Below are positions 39,051 to 48,223 of a DNA stretch of 64,000 nucleotides, in pieces. The notes below the pieces were generated by a model, which saw only the letters and a list, made by a program, of their open reading frames with translations, was not told the origin of the DNA and made no database searches. Made by a program: the position numbers and the translations under genes. Each line of letters opens with the position of its first letter. Position 1 is the stretch's first letter. The stretch is from NCBI GenBank assembly GCA_965662895.1, contig CBFIJH010000010.1, forward strand, positions 1 to 64,000, read 5' to 3'. Origin of the DNA: Candidatus Poseidoniaceae archaeon. GTDB taxonomy: Archaea > Thermoplasmatota > Poseidoniia > Poseidoniales > Poseidoniaceae.

Positions 39051-40205
39051 TCAGCCATGAACAACGTCTTCTGGAGCCATCTGACTCCATGCCATGATTC
39101 CACCCGTGAGATTGTACAATCGGCTTGGGTCAATACCCGATTGGTTGAGCAACAAAATTGCCATTTGAGAACGCATGCCGCTACGACACATGACGACGAC
39201 GTCACGGTCGTGAGGAATGCTATCAATTGCGGAATTCGCAACATCGTGGACAACATGCAAATCAAAGGTTGCAAGACGGATCTGTTCGAGTTCTTCGTCA
39301 CTACGCACATCAATAATGAATGGTTCCCATCCTGTTTGTTGTTTGGATTTCAATTCAGGTACGGTCATGGATTGCATCATAATTTTCCCTGTCACATCGT
39401 CTTCTTGAACTTGCTGAGGGCGAGGAGTGCAGTAAGCAGGGTCATCAAACAACGCTTGTGCGAACGATAAATCTGTGATTTCGGGTTTTGAATCCAAAGC
39501 CCCAAATTGCAACGATTGCATGGTCATCGATTCGGCATCGTACAAGAGCAAGCGACCGATGAGGCTTGATTTCATGCCAACAATATGTTTGATCACCTCC
39601 GTCGCTTGAAGACTACCAACAACACCGGGAAGAACACCAAACACACCCGCTTCGGCACAGTTTTGCAGCGCTCCAGCCGGAGGTGCATCAGGAAACAAAT
39701 CTCGATAGCGACGATCTTCTTTTGTCGAGAAAAACGAGACTTGGCCTTCAAATCGATGGATTGAACCATACACCCAAGGAATCGAAAGCAGATGGCAAGC
39801 ATCGTCGATGAGATATCGAGTTGGAATGTTGTCGGTTCCATCGACAATCACGTCCCAACCGTTGAACAATTCAAGTGCATTTTCAGGGCTGAGTCGTTGC
39901 TTATATTCGAGGATGGTTACGTTTGGATCGAGATCGAGAAGTTTCTCCTTTGCAGATTCCACTTTCATCCGACCAACGTCTTCGGTTCGATGGAGGACTT
40001 GTCGCTGAAGATTCGAAATATCGACTCGATCATCGTCGATGATACCAATCGTACCAATGCCCGCTGCAGCAAGATAGAGGAGAACAGGGCTACCAAGTCC
40101 ACCCGCACCAACAACGAAGACCTTGGCCTTCGCCAACTTCTCTTGCCCTTCAACTCCAACCTGCGGTAGGACAAGATGACGAGCGTGTCGTTGCATATCG
40201 ACCAT
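39051..40205 (-). CDS. moeB: MoeB/ThiF/UbaA E1-like adenylyltransferase with C-terminal rhodanese
   Basis: VGAGGLGSP, SNLQRQ, DGTDN, CAEAGV; rhodanese DVRS...CRSGMRS...LTGGIMAW. Confidence 0.88.
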   Translation of the reverse strand: MVDMQRHARHLVLPQVGVEGQEKLAKAKVFVVGAGGLGSPVLLYLAAAGIGTIGIIDDDRVDISNLQRQVLHRTEDVGRMKVESAKEKLLDLDPNVTILEYKQRLSPENALELFNGWDVIVDGTDNIPTRYLIDDACHLLSIPWVYGSIHRFEGQVSFFSTKEDRRYRDLFPDAPPAGALQNCAEAGVFGVLPGVVGSLQATEVIKHIVGMKSSLIGRLLLYDAESMTMQSLQFGALDSKPEITDLSFAQALFDDPAYCTPRPQQVQEDDVTGKIMMQSMTVPELKSKQQTGWEPFIIDVRSDEELEQIRLATFDLHVVHDVANSAIDSIPHDRDVVVMCRSGMRSQMAILLLNQSGIDPSRLYNLTGGIMAWSQMAPEDVVHG

Positions 40206-40245
40206 GTTGATGCGTATTGATGCTTCATCAAATAGACATCGTTGC

Positions 40246-41184
40246 TCAATGAACATTTTCTTCAAGCCACTTTTCAGCATCCATAGCGGCTTGGCATCCC
40301 ATTCCAGCAGCCGTGATGGCTTGCTTGTATCGGGTATCAACAACATCGCCTGCTGCAAACACACCATCGACCGAAGTCATGGTGTGGCTCTTGTGAAGGA
40401 TGTAGCCGTTTTCATCGGTTTCAACTTGTCCACCAAGGAAGCTTGTAATGGGTTTGTGACCGATGGCAATGAATGCCCCTGTGGCAGCGATTTCTTCTGT
40501 AGAGCCATCTCTTGGATCTTCAAGAATTGCCCCAGTCAATCCCTTTTCATCGCTCAGCCACTCCTTAACTTGGCGGAAGGTTTTAATCTCGATTTTGGGA
40601 TGATTTGCAGCACGCTCGTACATGATTGTCGAGGCTCGGAAGACATCTCGACGATGAACCAGTGTCACCTTTGAAGCAAAACGTGTGAGGAACGTTGCTT
40701 CTTCGCAAGCAGAATCGCCACCGCCCACAACGAGGACTTCTTCATTCCGGAAGAAAGCACCATCACAAGTTGCACACGTCGATATTCCACGACCTTTTTG
40801 TTCCGCCTCACCCGGAGCATCAAGCCAAATGGATTCTGCTCCTGTACAAACAATAAGAGAATGGGCGAAGAAATCCTCACCTTCAACCGTGACCTTGAAC
40901 GGTCGAGAGGATGTGTCAACGGATTCGACATTTTTGTCCTGAACGTTCAAACCGAATCGTTCTGCTTGCTCACGGAGTTGCATCATCATTTCAGGGCCAC
41001 CGATTCCTTCTGGATAGCCGGGGAAGTTCTCGATATCACTGGTCAGCATCAATTGGCCGCCAGACATGTATCCAGCAAACATGAGCGGTTCGAGCATGGC
41101 TCGAGCAGCGTACAAACCGGCAGTGTATCCAGCAGGTCCTGAACCGATAACAATGACATTGTGAACATCCGACATTTGACTCAC
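40246..41184 (-). CDS. trxB: thioredoxin-disulfide reductase
   Basis: GSGPAGYTA, GGQL, ENFPG, CATCDG, GGGDSA, HRRD, FAAGDV, QAITAAG. Confidence 0.95.
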   Translation of the reverse strand: MSQMSDVHNVIVIGSGPAGYTAGLYAARAMLEPLMFAGYMSGGQLMLTSDIENFPGYPEGIGGPEMMMQLREQAERFGLNVQDKNVESVDTSSRPFKVTVEGEDFFAHSLIVCTGAESIWLDAPGEAEQKGRGISTCATCDGAFFRNEEVLVVGGGDSACEEATFLTRFASKVTLVHRRDVFRASTIMYERAANHPKIEIKTFRQVKEWLSDEKGLTGAILEDPRDGSTEEIAATGAFIAIGHKPITSFLGGQVETDENGYILHKSHTMTSVDGVFAAGDVVDTRYKQAITAAGMGCQAAMDAEKWLEENVH

Positions 41185-41308
41185 TCTACGACCAACACCC
41201 CGATGGACTTGAACATTATCCCTGTGTTTTCTCGACCTCGAACTCGACTCTTGTATCTCAGTCATAGGTGATGTCACAATTTATCGTTGCCCATCTCTCC
41301 CATTGCTC

Positions 41309-41854
41309 ATGGATGTCGCATCACACTGGTTGATGGGTTCGGGTGCCACGAACGGGCGGACAAAGTTCTGGGTAGCAGGACTCATGGGCGTCCTTCCAGA
41401 TCTTTTGGTTTTCATTCCAAATTCCTTCTTGTTGGATGAGCGACCTGAAATAACCGATGAAACTATAACTGCAGATTTTGGTTGGTATGCTTGGGAAGCA
41501 TACCAAGTCACACATAGCCTTGTTTGGGCAACGATTGGATTTCTTTTCACATGGATTTTCTTCGAGAAGAGAGGCGTATCCCAGCGATTGTTCACCAACG
41601 ATGCACTCTCGGCGCGAGATGCGGCAATCTGGCTTTGGCTTCCCTGGTTTATTCATATTTTCAACGACATTCCGACACACACTGCGAAGTTCTTCCCAAC
41701 CCCCTTCTTGGCGCCGTTTAGTGACGTACGAGTTGATGGATATCGCTGGAGTACACCTTGGGTTTGGTTCACGAATCTTGCGATCATCCTCGCAATATGG
41801 TCGTATGTGTTTTACAAGAAACGAAAGCAATCACTCGTCGAGAAAGGGACGTAG
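41309..41854 (+). CDS. YdjM-like metal-dependent membrane hydrolase
   Basis: MDVASH, LPDL, THSL, HIFNDIPTH. Confidence 0.7.
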   Translation: MDVASHWLMGSGATNGRTKFWVAGLMGVLPDLLVFIPNSFLLDERPEITDETITADFGWYAWEAYQVTHSLVWATIGFLFTWIFFEKRGVSQRLFTNDALSARDAAIWLWLPWFIHIFNDIPTHTAKFFPTPFLAPFSDVRVDGYRWSTPWVWFTNLAIILAIWSYVFYKKRKQSLVEKGT

Positions 41855-42232
41855 TGCGTCCACTGCAGCTGTTGCATGTGGCCCAATTCGAGGGTTGATG
41901 TGTTCAGGTAATGCACCTGGTCCGATAATACCCAAACCGATTGGTTTGTTGTGAACCAATTGCAATTCAAGAATCGTCTTGACAACGCCTTGGCCCATCA
42001 CGAGACCATGGTCTGTCTCGCCCTTTTCGATAATCCCGAGACAAAATGCACCATCGATGTCCTCACTCGAGAGGACTCTGTCGAGTGCCAGAGGAATCTC
42101 CATACAGCCTGGAACTCGAACAACATCGACAAGGTTGTACCCCAAATCTTCTGCTTGAGAGCTAGCGATTGTCAACATTCTCTCCATTTCATCCAAGTGG
42201 TACATTGCACATACTGCTACGATATTTGTCAT
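41831..42232 (-). CDS. ribH: 6,7-dimethyl-8-ribityllumazine synthase
   Basis: VPGCMEIP, LGIIEKGETDH, KPIGLGIIGPG; part of the rib operon. Confidence 0.9.
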   Translation of the reverse strand: MTNIVAVCAMYHLDEMERMLTIASSQAEDLGYNLVDVVRVPGCMEIPLALDRVLSSEDIDGAFCLGIIEKGETDHGLVMGQGVVKTILELQLVHNKPIGLGIIGPGALPEHINPRIGPHATAAVDALRPFLDE

Positions 42233-42234
42233 GT

Positions 42235-42834
42235 TTATTTCTCCTTCATCATTCGTTCAACGGTTTCAACAATCATCATGGTTGTTGAATCGATTTCAAG
42301 ATTGACTGCGTCACCGATTTGTTTCTCACCGATGGTCGTCAGTCGAAGCGTTTCTGGAATCAAATGCAAGTCAAAGTGGTTCTCTGAAACTTCGCCTATG
42401 GTCAGAGAAATACCGTCGATTCCAATGTACCCTTTGCTGACGATGTACTTTCGGACATCTGGAGGTACAATAATCGAATACTGGGCACCATCACCAACAC
42501 CGTCCGCTTTGCTGATGAGACCTCGTCCAATGATGTGTCCTGAAAGCAGATGTCCTCCAATCTCGTCTCCATATCGCAATGATCGCTCCACATTCACAGA
42601 ATGGCCTTGTTCAAGTTGGCCCAAGGTTGTCTTTTCGAGGGTTTCTGGGATGACGTCGAACGAAACAATGTTGTCTGAGAATTCTGTTGCTGTTAAGCAA
42701 ACACCATCGATGGAAATACTTGCTCCAATCTGCAATCCTTCCGTTGATGGGACGCGAATTCGAAGCGTTGTAATCTCGTTTCCAGTTTCGATGGAAACGA
42801 TTTCACCCCGGCCCTGAACGATACCCGTGAACAT
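42235..42834 (-). CDS. riboflavin synthase, bacterial/eukaryotic homotrimeric type
   Basis: MFTGIV N-terminus, SISIDGVCLT, GGHLLSGH, KGYIGIDGISLT, LIPETL, VNLEID. Confidence 0.93.
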   Translation of the reverse strand: MFTGIVQGRGEIVSIETGNEITTLRIRVPSTEGLQIGASISIDGVCLTATEFSDNIVSFDVIPETLEKTTLGQLEQGHSVNVERSLRYGDEIGGHLLSGHIIGRGLISKADGVGDGAQYSIIVPPDVRKYIVSKGYIGIDGISLTIGEVSENHFDLHLIPETLRLTTIGEKQIGDAVNLEIDSTTMMIVETVERMMKEK

Positions 42835-43283
42835 CAGAATTCACCGCCTTTCGCTCGCTCAACAATACGAGCAATAATCTTCCGCGTACCATCCAAATCA
42901 TCGCTCAGACCTTCAACCCGAACGACATCAATCGATGAATAGCCTCGTTCTTCCAAGGCTGTGCGGATTCGATCTTCTGCATGTTCTTGGTCGTATCCTA
43001 AAGCAATCACCGAAGGTTGGATTTCTGGAAGAATATCGAAAATGGGGACATCGGGTGGGTTCCCAACGCAAGCAACATCAACTGGCTTCAAACCTTCAAC
43101 CATTCGACGTCGCAAGTCTTGGTTGGTGACAGGTTCGTGTTTTCGCTTACGAACTGTATCGTCGTGCGCAACGACCACAGTCAAGTGGTCCCCGAGATTT
43201 TTGGCTTGTTCCAAATAATGTAAGTGGCCAGCGTGAAGGAGGTCAAAAACTCCAACTGCCATGACCTTACGCATCGTGTCCAC
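42834..43283 (-). CDS. ribL: archaeal FAD synthetase
   Basis: GVFDLLHAGHLHYLEQAK, VVVAHD, IALGYDQ; part of the rib operon. Confidence 0.88.
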   Translation of the reverse strand: MDTMRKVMAVGVFDLLHAGHLHYLEQAKNLGDHLTVVVAHDDTVRKRKHEPVTNQDLRRRMVEGLKPVDVACVGNPPDVPIFDILPEIQPSVIALGYDQEHAEDRIRTALEERGYSSIDVVRVEGLSDDLDGTRKIIARIVERAKGGEF

Positions 43284-43315
43284 CAAAGTACAGCAATTGA
43301 ATCATGTTCTTGATG

Positions 43316-44023
43316 TTAACCGTGCAATGCTGCGATGACTTCTGCACCTTCCAAAAATGGAATTCCACGTTCGTTCGCCCATGCACGGGCATCACCAACT
43401 GAGAGTGCACCATCTCCATCTGGTTGCAACATTTCTGCACCAATAACAACAGGCGTAAGCCCCGCAAGTCGGGCAATACCGACTGCAAGTTCAGTATGAC
43501 CCTGACGGGTTAGCAAACCACCTTCGGATTCTCGACAGACCGGAATATGACCAGGTGTTCGAAACTCCGCACCCATGCGACGCTGAGCCTCGCTCTTTGG
43601 AAGGTTGTCCTCAAAAACAATTGATGTTAATTCAGCAAAACGCCGGGTTGTAAGCGCACGGTCATGATCGGTAATGCCGGTGTATGTTTCACGATGATTA
43701 AGCGAAAGTGTGAATGCTGACCGTGAATCATAGCGCAAATCATTTGTTTTCAGTTCAGCGAGAACTGGGTATTCCGTGGTCAAGGCATCATGCGTGTGCA
43801 GATCTTGCAAAAACGGCAATCCAAATGCTTCGCCAACGTCGTGGCCGATTGCAAGGAAGAGGAGCCCCCCGCAATCTTGGCGAAGTTGTCGCATGGTTGC
43901 AGGCTTAGCAAATGAAGCCGGGAACAGAAGGTCGGTTTCTCCTTCTCGTTTGTCCGAGTCAAACAAACAGACCGGGTCGCCTCGACGGAAAGCTTCGATT
44001 GCTGCTTTCACCGTTTCCGCCAT
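43316..44023 (-). CDS. ribB: 3,4-dihydroxy-2-butanone-4-phosphate synthase (archaeal type)
   Basis: DSDKREGETD, YDSRSAF, TGITDHDRALT, FRTPGH, RQGHTE. Confidence 0.92.
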   Translation of the reverse strand: MAETVKAAIEAFRRGDPVCLFDSDKREGETDLLFPASFAKPATMRQLRQDCGGLLFLAIGHDVGEAFGLPFLQDLHTHDALTTEYPVLAELKTNDLRYDSRSAFTLSLNHRETYTGITDHDRALTTRRFAELTSIVFEDNLPKSEAQRRMGAEFRTPGHIPVCRESEGGLLTRQGHTELAVGIARLAGLTPVVIGAEMLQPDGDGALSVGDARAWANERGIPFLEGAEVIAALHG

Positions 44024-44147
44024 AGTCCGTGCTTTTGTTTCACCTTCATGAACCGTCGTATTGCAATGTATGTACAGAATTCCGGCAAACGATTGACGGA
44101 AAGGGGTTAATGTAGGGAACGGCTTGGCTTGTACTCGCGGGGGTGGA

Positions 44148-45296
44148 ATGATGGGTGTAAAACTAGGTCCAGCGGGCGTACCTTTGTCTTGTAAAGGACG
44201 TACAATCGTCGAAGGCATGGACGACATTATTGCTCTCGGACTCGAAACAATGGAAGCGCAAACGGTCCGACTCATCCAACCTCAACACTTCGAACAATAC
44301 TGGCAAGCAGGCGTGCTCGCCAACAAAGCAGATTTTGAGATGAACATTCACGGACCATACTATTCGGAACTCCTTGGTAATCGAGTTGAACGAGGTCGAT
44401 CTCTTGCCAAAATAGAAGCGACATTGCAAGCAGCAAGGACCATTAACGCACGACATGTTACATTGCACACTGGACACTACGGTGATTTTGGGCGAGGCAC
44501 TGCTGCGAACGAACAACTTGCCAACATCTTCTCCAGTATTGTTGAACGTGTTCACGATATTTGGCACGATGATGAGGACGAATTTCCCGTATTCCCTTGG
44601 ATAAAAAACGGAACGCCCTCGAAAATTGGCATTGAAACATCCGGTCGCCAGGAATTGTGGGGTACCCTCGAAGAAGTCATCGAAGTGGTTAATCACGTTG
44701 AAGGGACCATTCCCGTTCTCAACATCGCCCACATTCACGCCCGTGGCCACGGACGAATGAAGACCTCCGAAGACTATGGCGAGTTGTTTGACATGGTTCG
44801 AGAGTCGATTGGTACCAAGGAATTCTATTGCCACTTCTCAGGTGTTGAGCACCGAACTGGAAATGCAATGCATTACACGCAGATTAAGAAATCTGACCTA
44901 AATTTTGAACCGTTAGCGGAGTTCATTGTCGAGGACGGTGGGTGGTTGGACATCACCCTGATATCAGATTCACCTCTCTTGGAACACGATGCAATGTATA
45001 TGCTACAAAACATCGACAAAGCCAAACACAAGCAACTTGAACGCAAGGCTCGAGAGGATCGTCGCCGTGCGCTCGCTGCTCAAACAGGAACATCGGTCGA
45101 AGATCTTCAACGTCGTGAAGAAGAAATGGCGAAATTGCGAACACAAGGTGCACCTGAAGAAAAGCCGGCTGAAAAAGCAAAACCTGAACCTGTCAAGGAA
45201 AAGAAACAGGCAAAAAAGAAGACGGCCGCTTCAAAGAAGAAAGAAGAAGAAGACGTCTTCTCGTTTGATGAAGAAGACGATGACGACTTATTTTGA
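44148..45296 (+). CDS. endonuclease IV-like (AP endonuclease family 2) with charged C-terminal tail
   Basis: GPAGVP, IHGPYY, LHTG, GIETSG, AHIHAR, HFSG, ISDSPLLEHDA. Confidence 0.8.
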   Translation: MMGVKLGPAGVPLSCKGRTIVEGMDDIIALGLETMEAQTVRLIQPQHFEQYWQAGVLANKADFEMNIHGPYYSELLGNRVERGRSLAKIEATLQAARTINARHVTLHTGHYGDFGRGTAANEQLANIFSSIVERVHDIWHDDEDEFPVFPWIKNGTPSKIGIETSGRQELWGTLEEVIEVVNHVEGTIPVLNIAHIHARGHGRMKTSEDYGELFDMVRESIGTKEFYCHFSGVEHRTGNAMHYTQIKKSDLNFEPLAEFIVEDGGWLDITLISDSPLLEHDAMYMLQNIDKAKHKQLERKAREDRRRALAAQTGTSVEDLQRREEEMAKLRTQGAPEEKPAEKAKPEPVKEKKQAKKKTAASKKKEEEDVFSFDEEDDDDLF

Positions 45297-45386
45297 GTCG
45301 GCGATTCAATTCTTGAGCAAAAAAGAGGATTTCTCCCTTCCAATTAGGGAATGCACATAAGGACAAAGAGTTCGAAGTCCCGAGTC

Positions 45387-46385
45387 ATGGCACACATCGC
45401 GGTGTTAGGATTGGGAAATTGGGGGACTGCAATTGGTCGACTCTGGTTGATGGAAGGCCATCATGTCAAAGGGTGGACGATTGAGCAAGAAGTGTATGAA
45501 TCGATTACAATGGATGGAGTCAATCGAAAGTACCTTCCACAACATTCAGTCGAGGGCATGGAAGTAACAATGCATCTGGAAGAGGCAGTGGATGGTGTCG
45601 AAATCGTTGTTTTGGCCATTCCATCTTCCGTCATCTTGGATGTCGTTCACGATGTCATCCCATATCTTCGTCCGGGGCATGTCTTGCTCGATTTAGCAAA
45701 AGGTCTTGCCCCAGGTAAACGGCTCATCTCACAGGCGATTCATCAAGCTCTGAGAGAAGCTGATTGCTCAAACCCAATGGCGGTCCTTACCGGTCCGACG
45801 ATTGCACCAGAAGCCGCTGGAGGAGTTATGACAACTGCTCTGGTCGCATCAGAAGACCTTTCCGTTGCTGAACGTCTTGCAGATACCCTGTCGACTCCAA
45901 CACTCCTCCTTCATGCTGCATCAGATCCAGAAGGTGCTGAATTATGGGGTGCATTCAAGAATGTCGTTGCCCTTGCATGTGGACTAGTTGACGGATTGAA
46001 AACGATAGGAACGCTCGGAGGAGACAATCTGAAGGCAGCAATTTTCAGTGCAGGATTCAAGGAAGGATGCATCCTTTTGCCCTTACTCGGAGCTCGAGCA
46101 GAGGTTGCATTTGGCCCTGCAGGCCTCGGCGACCTCTACGTAACCGCCACGTCCCCTTATGGTAGGAACAGGACGATGGGTGAGAAACTTGGAACTGGTA
46201 AGAATTTGGAGCAAGCACTCGCTGAAATGACCATGGTGGCTGAAGGCGTACGGGCTGCGAGAATGTTCCGAGACCGCGCAATCGATCAAGGAATTGAGAT
46301 TCCGTTTACGAAAGCGCTCAATACCCTTCTTGATGGGGCAATCGAAGCAGAAGAATGCTGTCGCCGTATGGTTCTCTTGGGATAA
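45387..46385 (+). CDS. gpsA: NAD(P)H-dependent glycerol-3-phosphate dehydrogenase
   Basis: GLGNWGTA, LAKGL, TGPTIA, GAFKNVVA, GDNLKAA, AGLGDL...SPYGRN, AEGV. Confidence 0.93.
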   Translation: MAHIAVLGLGNWGTAIGRLWLMEGHHVKGWTIEQEVYESITMDGVNRKYLPQHSVEGMEVTMHLEEAVDGVEIVVLAIPSSVILDVVHDVIPYLRPGHVLLDLAKGLAPGKRLISQAIHQALREADCSNPMAVLTGPTIAPEAAGGVMTTALVASEDLSVAERLADTLSTPTLLLHAASDPEGAELWGAFKNVVALACGLVDGLKTIGTLGGDNLKAAIFSAGFKEGCILLPLLGARAEVAFGPAGLGDLYVTATSPYGRNRTMGEKLGTGKNLEQALAEMTMVAEGVRAARMFRDRAIDQGIEIPFTKALNTLLDGAIEAEECCRRMVLLG

Positions 46386-46424
46386 GGCCGATTTCCTCAT
46401 ATGGAGGTAGGATATCCTCCAAAC

Positions 46425-46652
46425 ATGTCAGATGACGACTCCTCTGATTTGACCGATTTTGAAGAGGGCCTGCTTGAATGGTTGTGTGAAAACAACTTCC
46501 ATGTTGAACCTTGGTCAACAAAGAAGGCTGCAAAGCAATTCTACGTTGAAGAAGAAGCAATTTACGAAGCAATTGCTGCTTTGACACGAAAGGTTCCACT
46601 GCGGATTCAAGTCTTTTACAAGAATGGGGCACTTCACATCGCTGCAGATTAG
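46425..46652 (+). CDS. small hypothetical protein (possible winged helix)
   Basis: 75-aa ORF filling the gap; ATG is 24 nt after CTCAT. Confidence 0.55.
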   Translation: MSDDDSSDLTDFEEGLLEWLCENNFHVEPWSTKKAAKQFYVEEEAIYEAIAALTRKVPLRIQVFYKNGALHIAAD

Positions 46653-46656
46653 AAAA

Positions 46657-47532
46657 TTACTCCGAAGCCTCATCTGCCGTTCTAGACTTCATCAGAAAGT
46701 TCAGCCATTTTGGTTGGCGTACTTCTCCGTCATCCGTCACGAATGAACGAATCATTAACGAAAGCAAGTCAATGATGATGACCACAATAAAGATGAGAAT
46801 GAGTAAAGCAAGCACCTTGTCGTATTGTAAGAGTTTGAGATACGTATTGATGTAGAAACCAATACCCCCTGCTCCAACAAGACCAATCACTGTACCATGT
46901 CGAACATTGTATTCAAACATAAACATGAGTTGGCTAAGCAGATGATTCCCCGTCTCGGGAATGACGACGGAAGTGAAGATGGTTGGATGAGAAATGCCCA
47001 TCGCTTTGCTGACATCAAGAGAATCACTGGGCATGCCCTCAAAGGCCTCGTACTGTAATTTTCCAAGATAGCCAACCGTGTAGAAGGTCATGGCGAGAAC
47101 ACCCGCCAAAGGACCGACGCCGATAACGATGACGAAGATTATTGCCCAGATGAGTGACGGGAGGCTTCGGATGGCCGATAGCACAATTCGGAATACTAGA
47201 GCAATGGGCATAGGCATCAGGTTTTTTGCTGCAAAAGAGGAAAGAGAAAGTGCTCCAATGAACCCAAGAATTGTGGCAACAAAGGCGATTTTGATTGTTT
47301 CAACCATGCCTACGTATCCAACCGAACAAAGCAATTCAATGTCTTTCTCACAAACGGGATACGATTGTGCTTCCAAAACAGACCAGTTCGGCGGCCACAT
47401 GCTGTCATGAATGAAGGTTGACAGGTTGTCAAATCCTCCACCTAATCGCCCCCAATCACCAGCCAAATCGCTGAGAACGAGAAGAGTAAGGAACAACAAA
47501 CCGCCGGCAGCGGCGATGAAGCCCTTTCTCAT
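46657..47532 (-). CDS. ABC permease, PhnE-like
   Basis: ETIKIA, IRSLPSLIWA, GKLQYEAFE, FEYNVRHGTVIGLVGAGGIG; ATGA overlap with the ATPase stop. Confidence 0.88.
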   Translation of the reverse strand: MRKGFIAAAGGLLFLTLLVLSDLAGDWGRLGGGFDNLSTFIHDSMWPPNWSVLEAQSYPVCEKDIELLCSVGYVGMVETIKIAFVATILGFIGALSLSSFAAKNLMPMPIALVFRIVLSAIRSLPSLIWAIIFVIVIGVGPLAGVLAMTFYTVGYLGKLQYEAFEGMPSDSLDVSKAMGISHPTIFTSVVIPETGNHLLSQLMFMFEYNVRHGTVIGLVGAGGIGFYINTYLKLLQYDKVLALLILIFIVVIIIDLLSLMIRSFVTDDGEVRQPKWLNFLMKSRTADEASE

Positions 47533-48206
47533 TCCTCTTCCTCCTGCATTTTCTGCCATTGTTCGATGGACATGTCGAGAAGTTGTTTGTCTTCGATCAA
47601 CCAAATTCTTGTGGCAATCATCTCAACATTCTCTTCATGATGCTCAACCATTATGATCGAATTTCCTGATTCGATGAGGGTTTGTACTGCTTCGGTAACA
47701 ACGTCCACGGTTGAATGATCGAGTTCGCTCAAAAATTCGTCAGCCAACAAGAGCTTTGGCCGTTGTGCCAAAGCACGAGCTGTTGCAACCCTTCGCATTT
47801 GCCCACCTGATAATCGCCGAATAGGCTCACGGATTTTCTCTTTCAAGCCGACCGCGGAAAGAGCTGACACAACTCGTTCCATTCGCTCTTCTCGCTTCCC
47901 TTTCAGCAGTGGAAGACTGGCTCGTGCCCCCAGATTTACATTGTGATAGACGCTTGCGTGACGAACCAAACCAAGTCGTTGTGGAATGTAGCCCAGTCCA
48001 CCTTGTGATGAAAGTTGAAGTTCCAACGTACCCTGTCGTGGAGGAACCAAGCCTGCAATGGTTCGAACAAGCGTGGTCTTTCCGATGCCTGATGGGCCGA
48101 GAACAGCGATAATCTCACCAGAGTGAACCTCCAATGAAATATCCCGAACCAAATCTTCCTTGAATCCGATGCTCAAATCCGAAATGGTGAGGAGTGGTTC
48201 AGCCAT
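47529..48206 (-). CDS. ABC ATPase, PhnC-like
   Basis: GPSGIGKTT, LSGGQMRRV, LLADE, VEH; start placed at ATG 48206. Confidence 0.9.
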   Translation of the reverse strand: MAEPLLTISDLSIGFKEDLVRDISLEVHSGEIIAVLGPSGIGKTTLVRTIAGLVPPRQGTLELQLSSQGGLGYIPQRLGLVRHASVYHNVNLGARASLPLLKGKREERMERVVSALSAVGLKEKIREPIRRLSGGQMRRVATARALAQRPKLLLADEFLSELDHSTVDVVTEAVQTLIESGNSIIMVEHHEENVEMIATRIWLIEDKQLLDMSIEQWQKMQEEEE

Positions 48207-48223
48207 GTGCATCAACCTCTTGT

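Noticed and set aside
41951-42817. 288-aa antisense ORF (and similar long shadow ORFs such as 11426-12121, 44163-44834 and 14981-15637)
   Set aside because: They overlap well-supported genes on the opposite strand and have no motifs; likely codon-bias artefacts.
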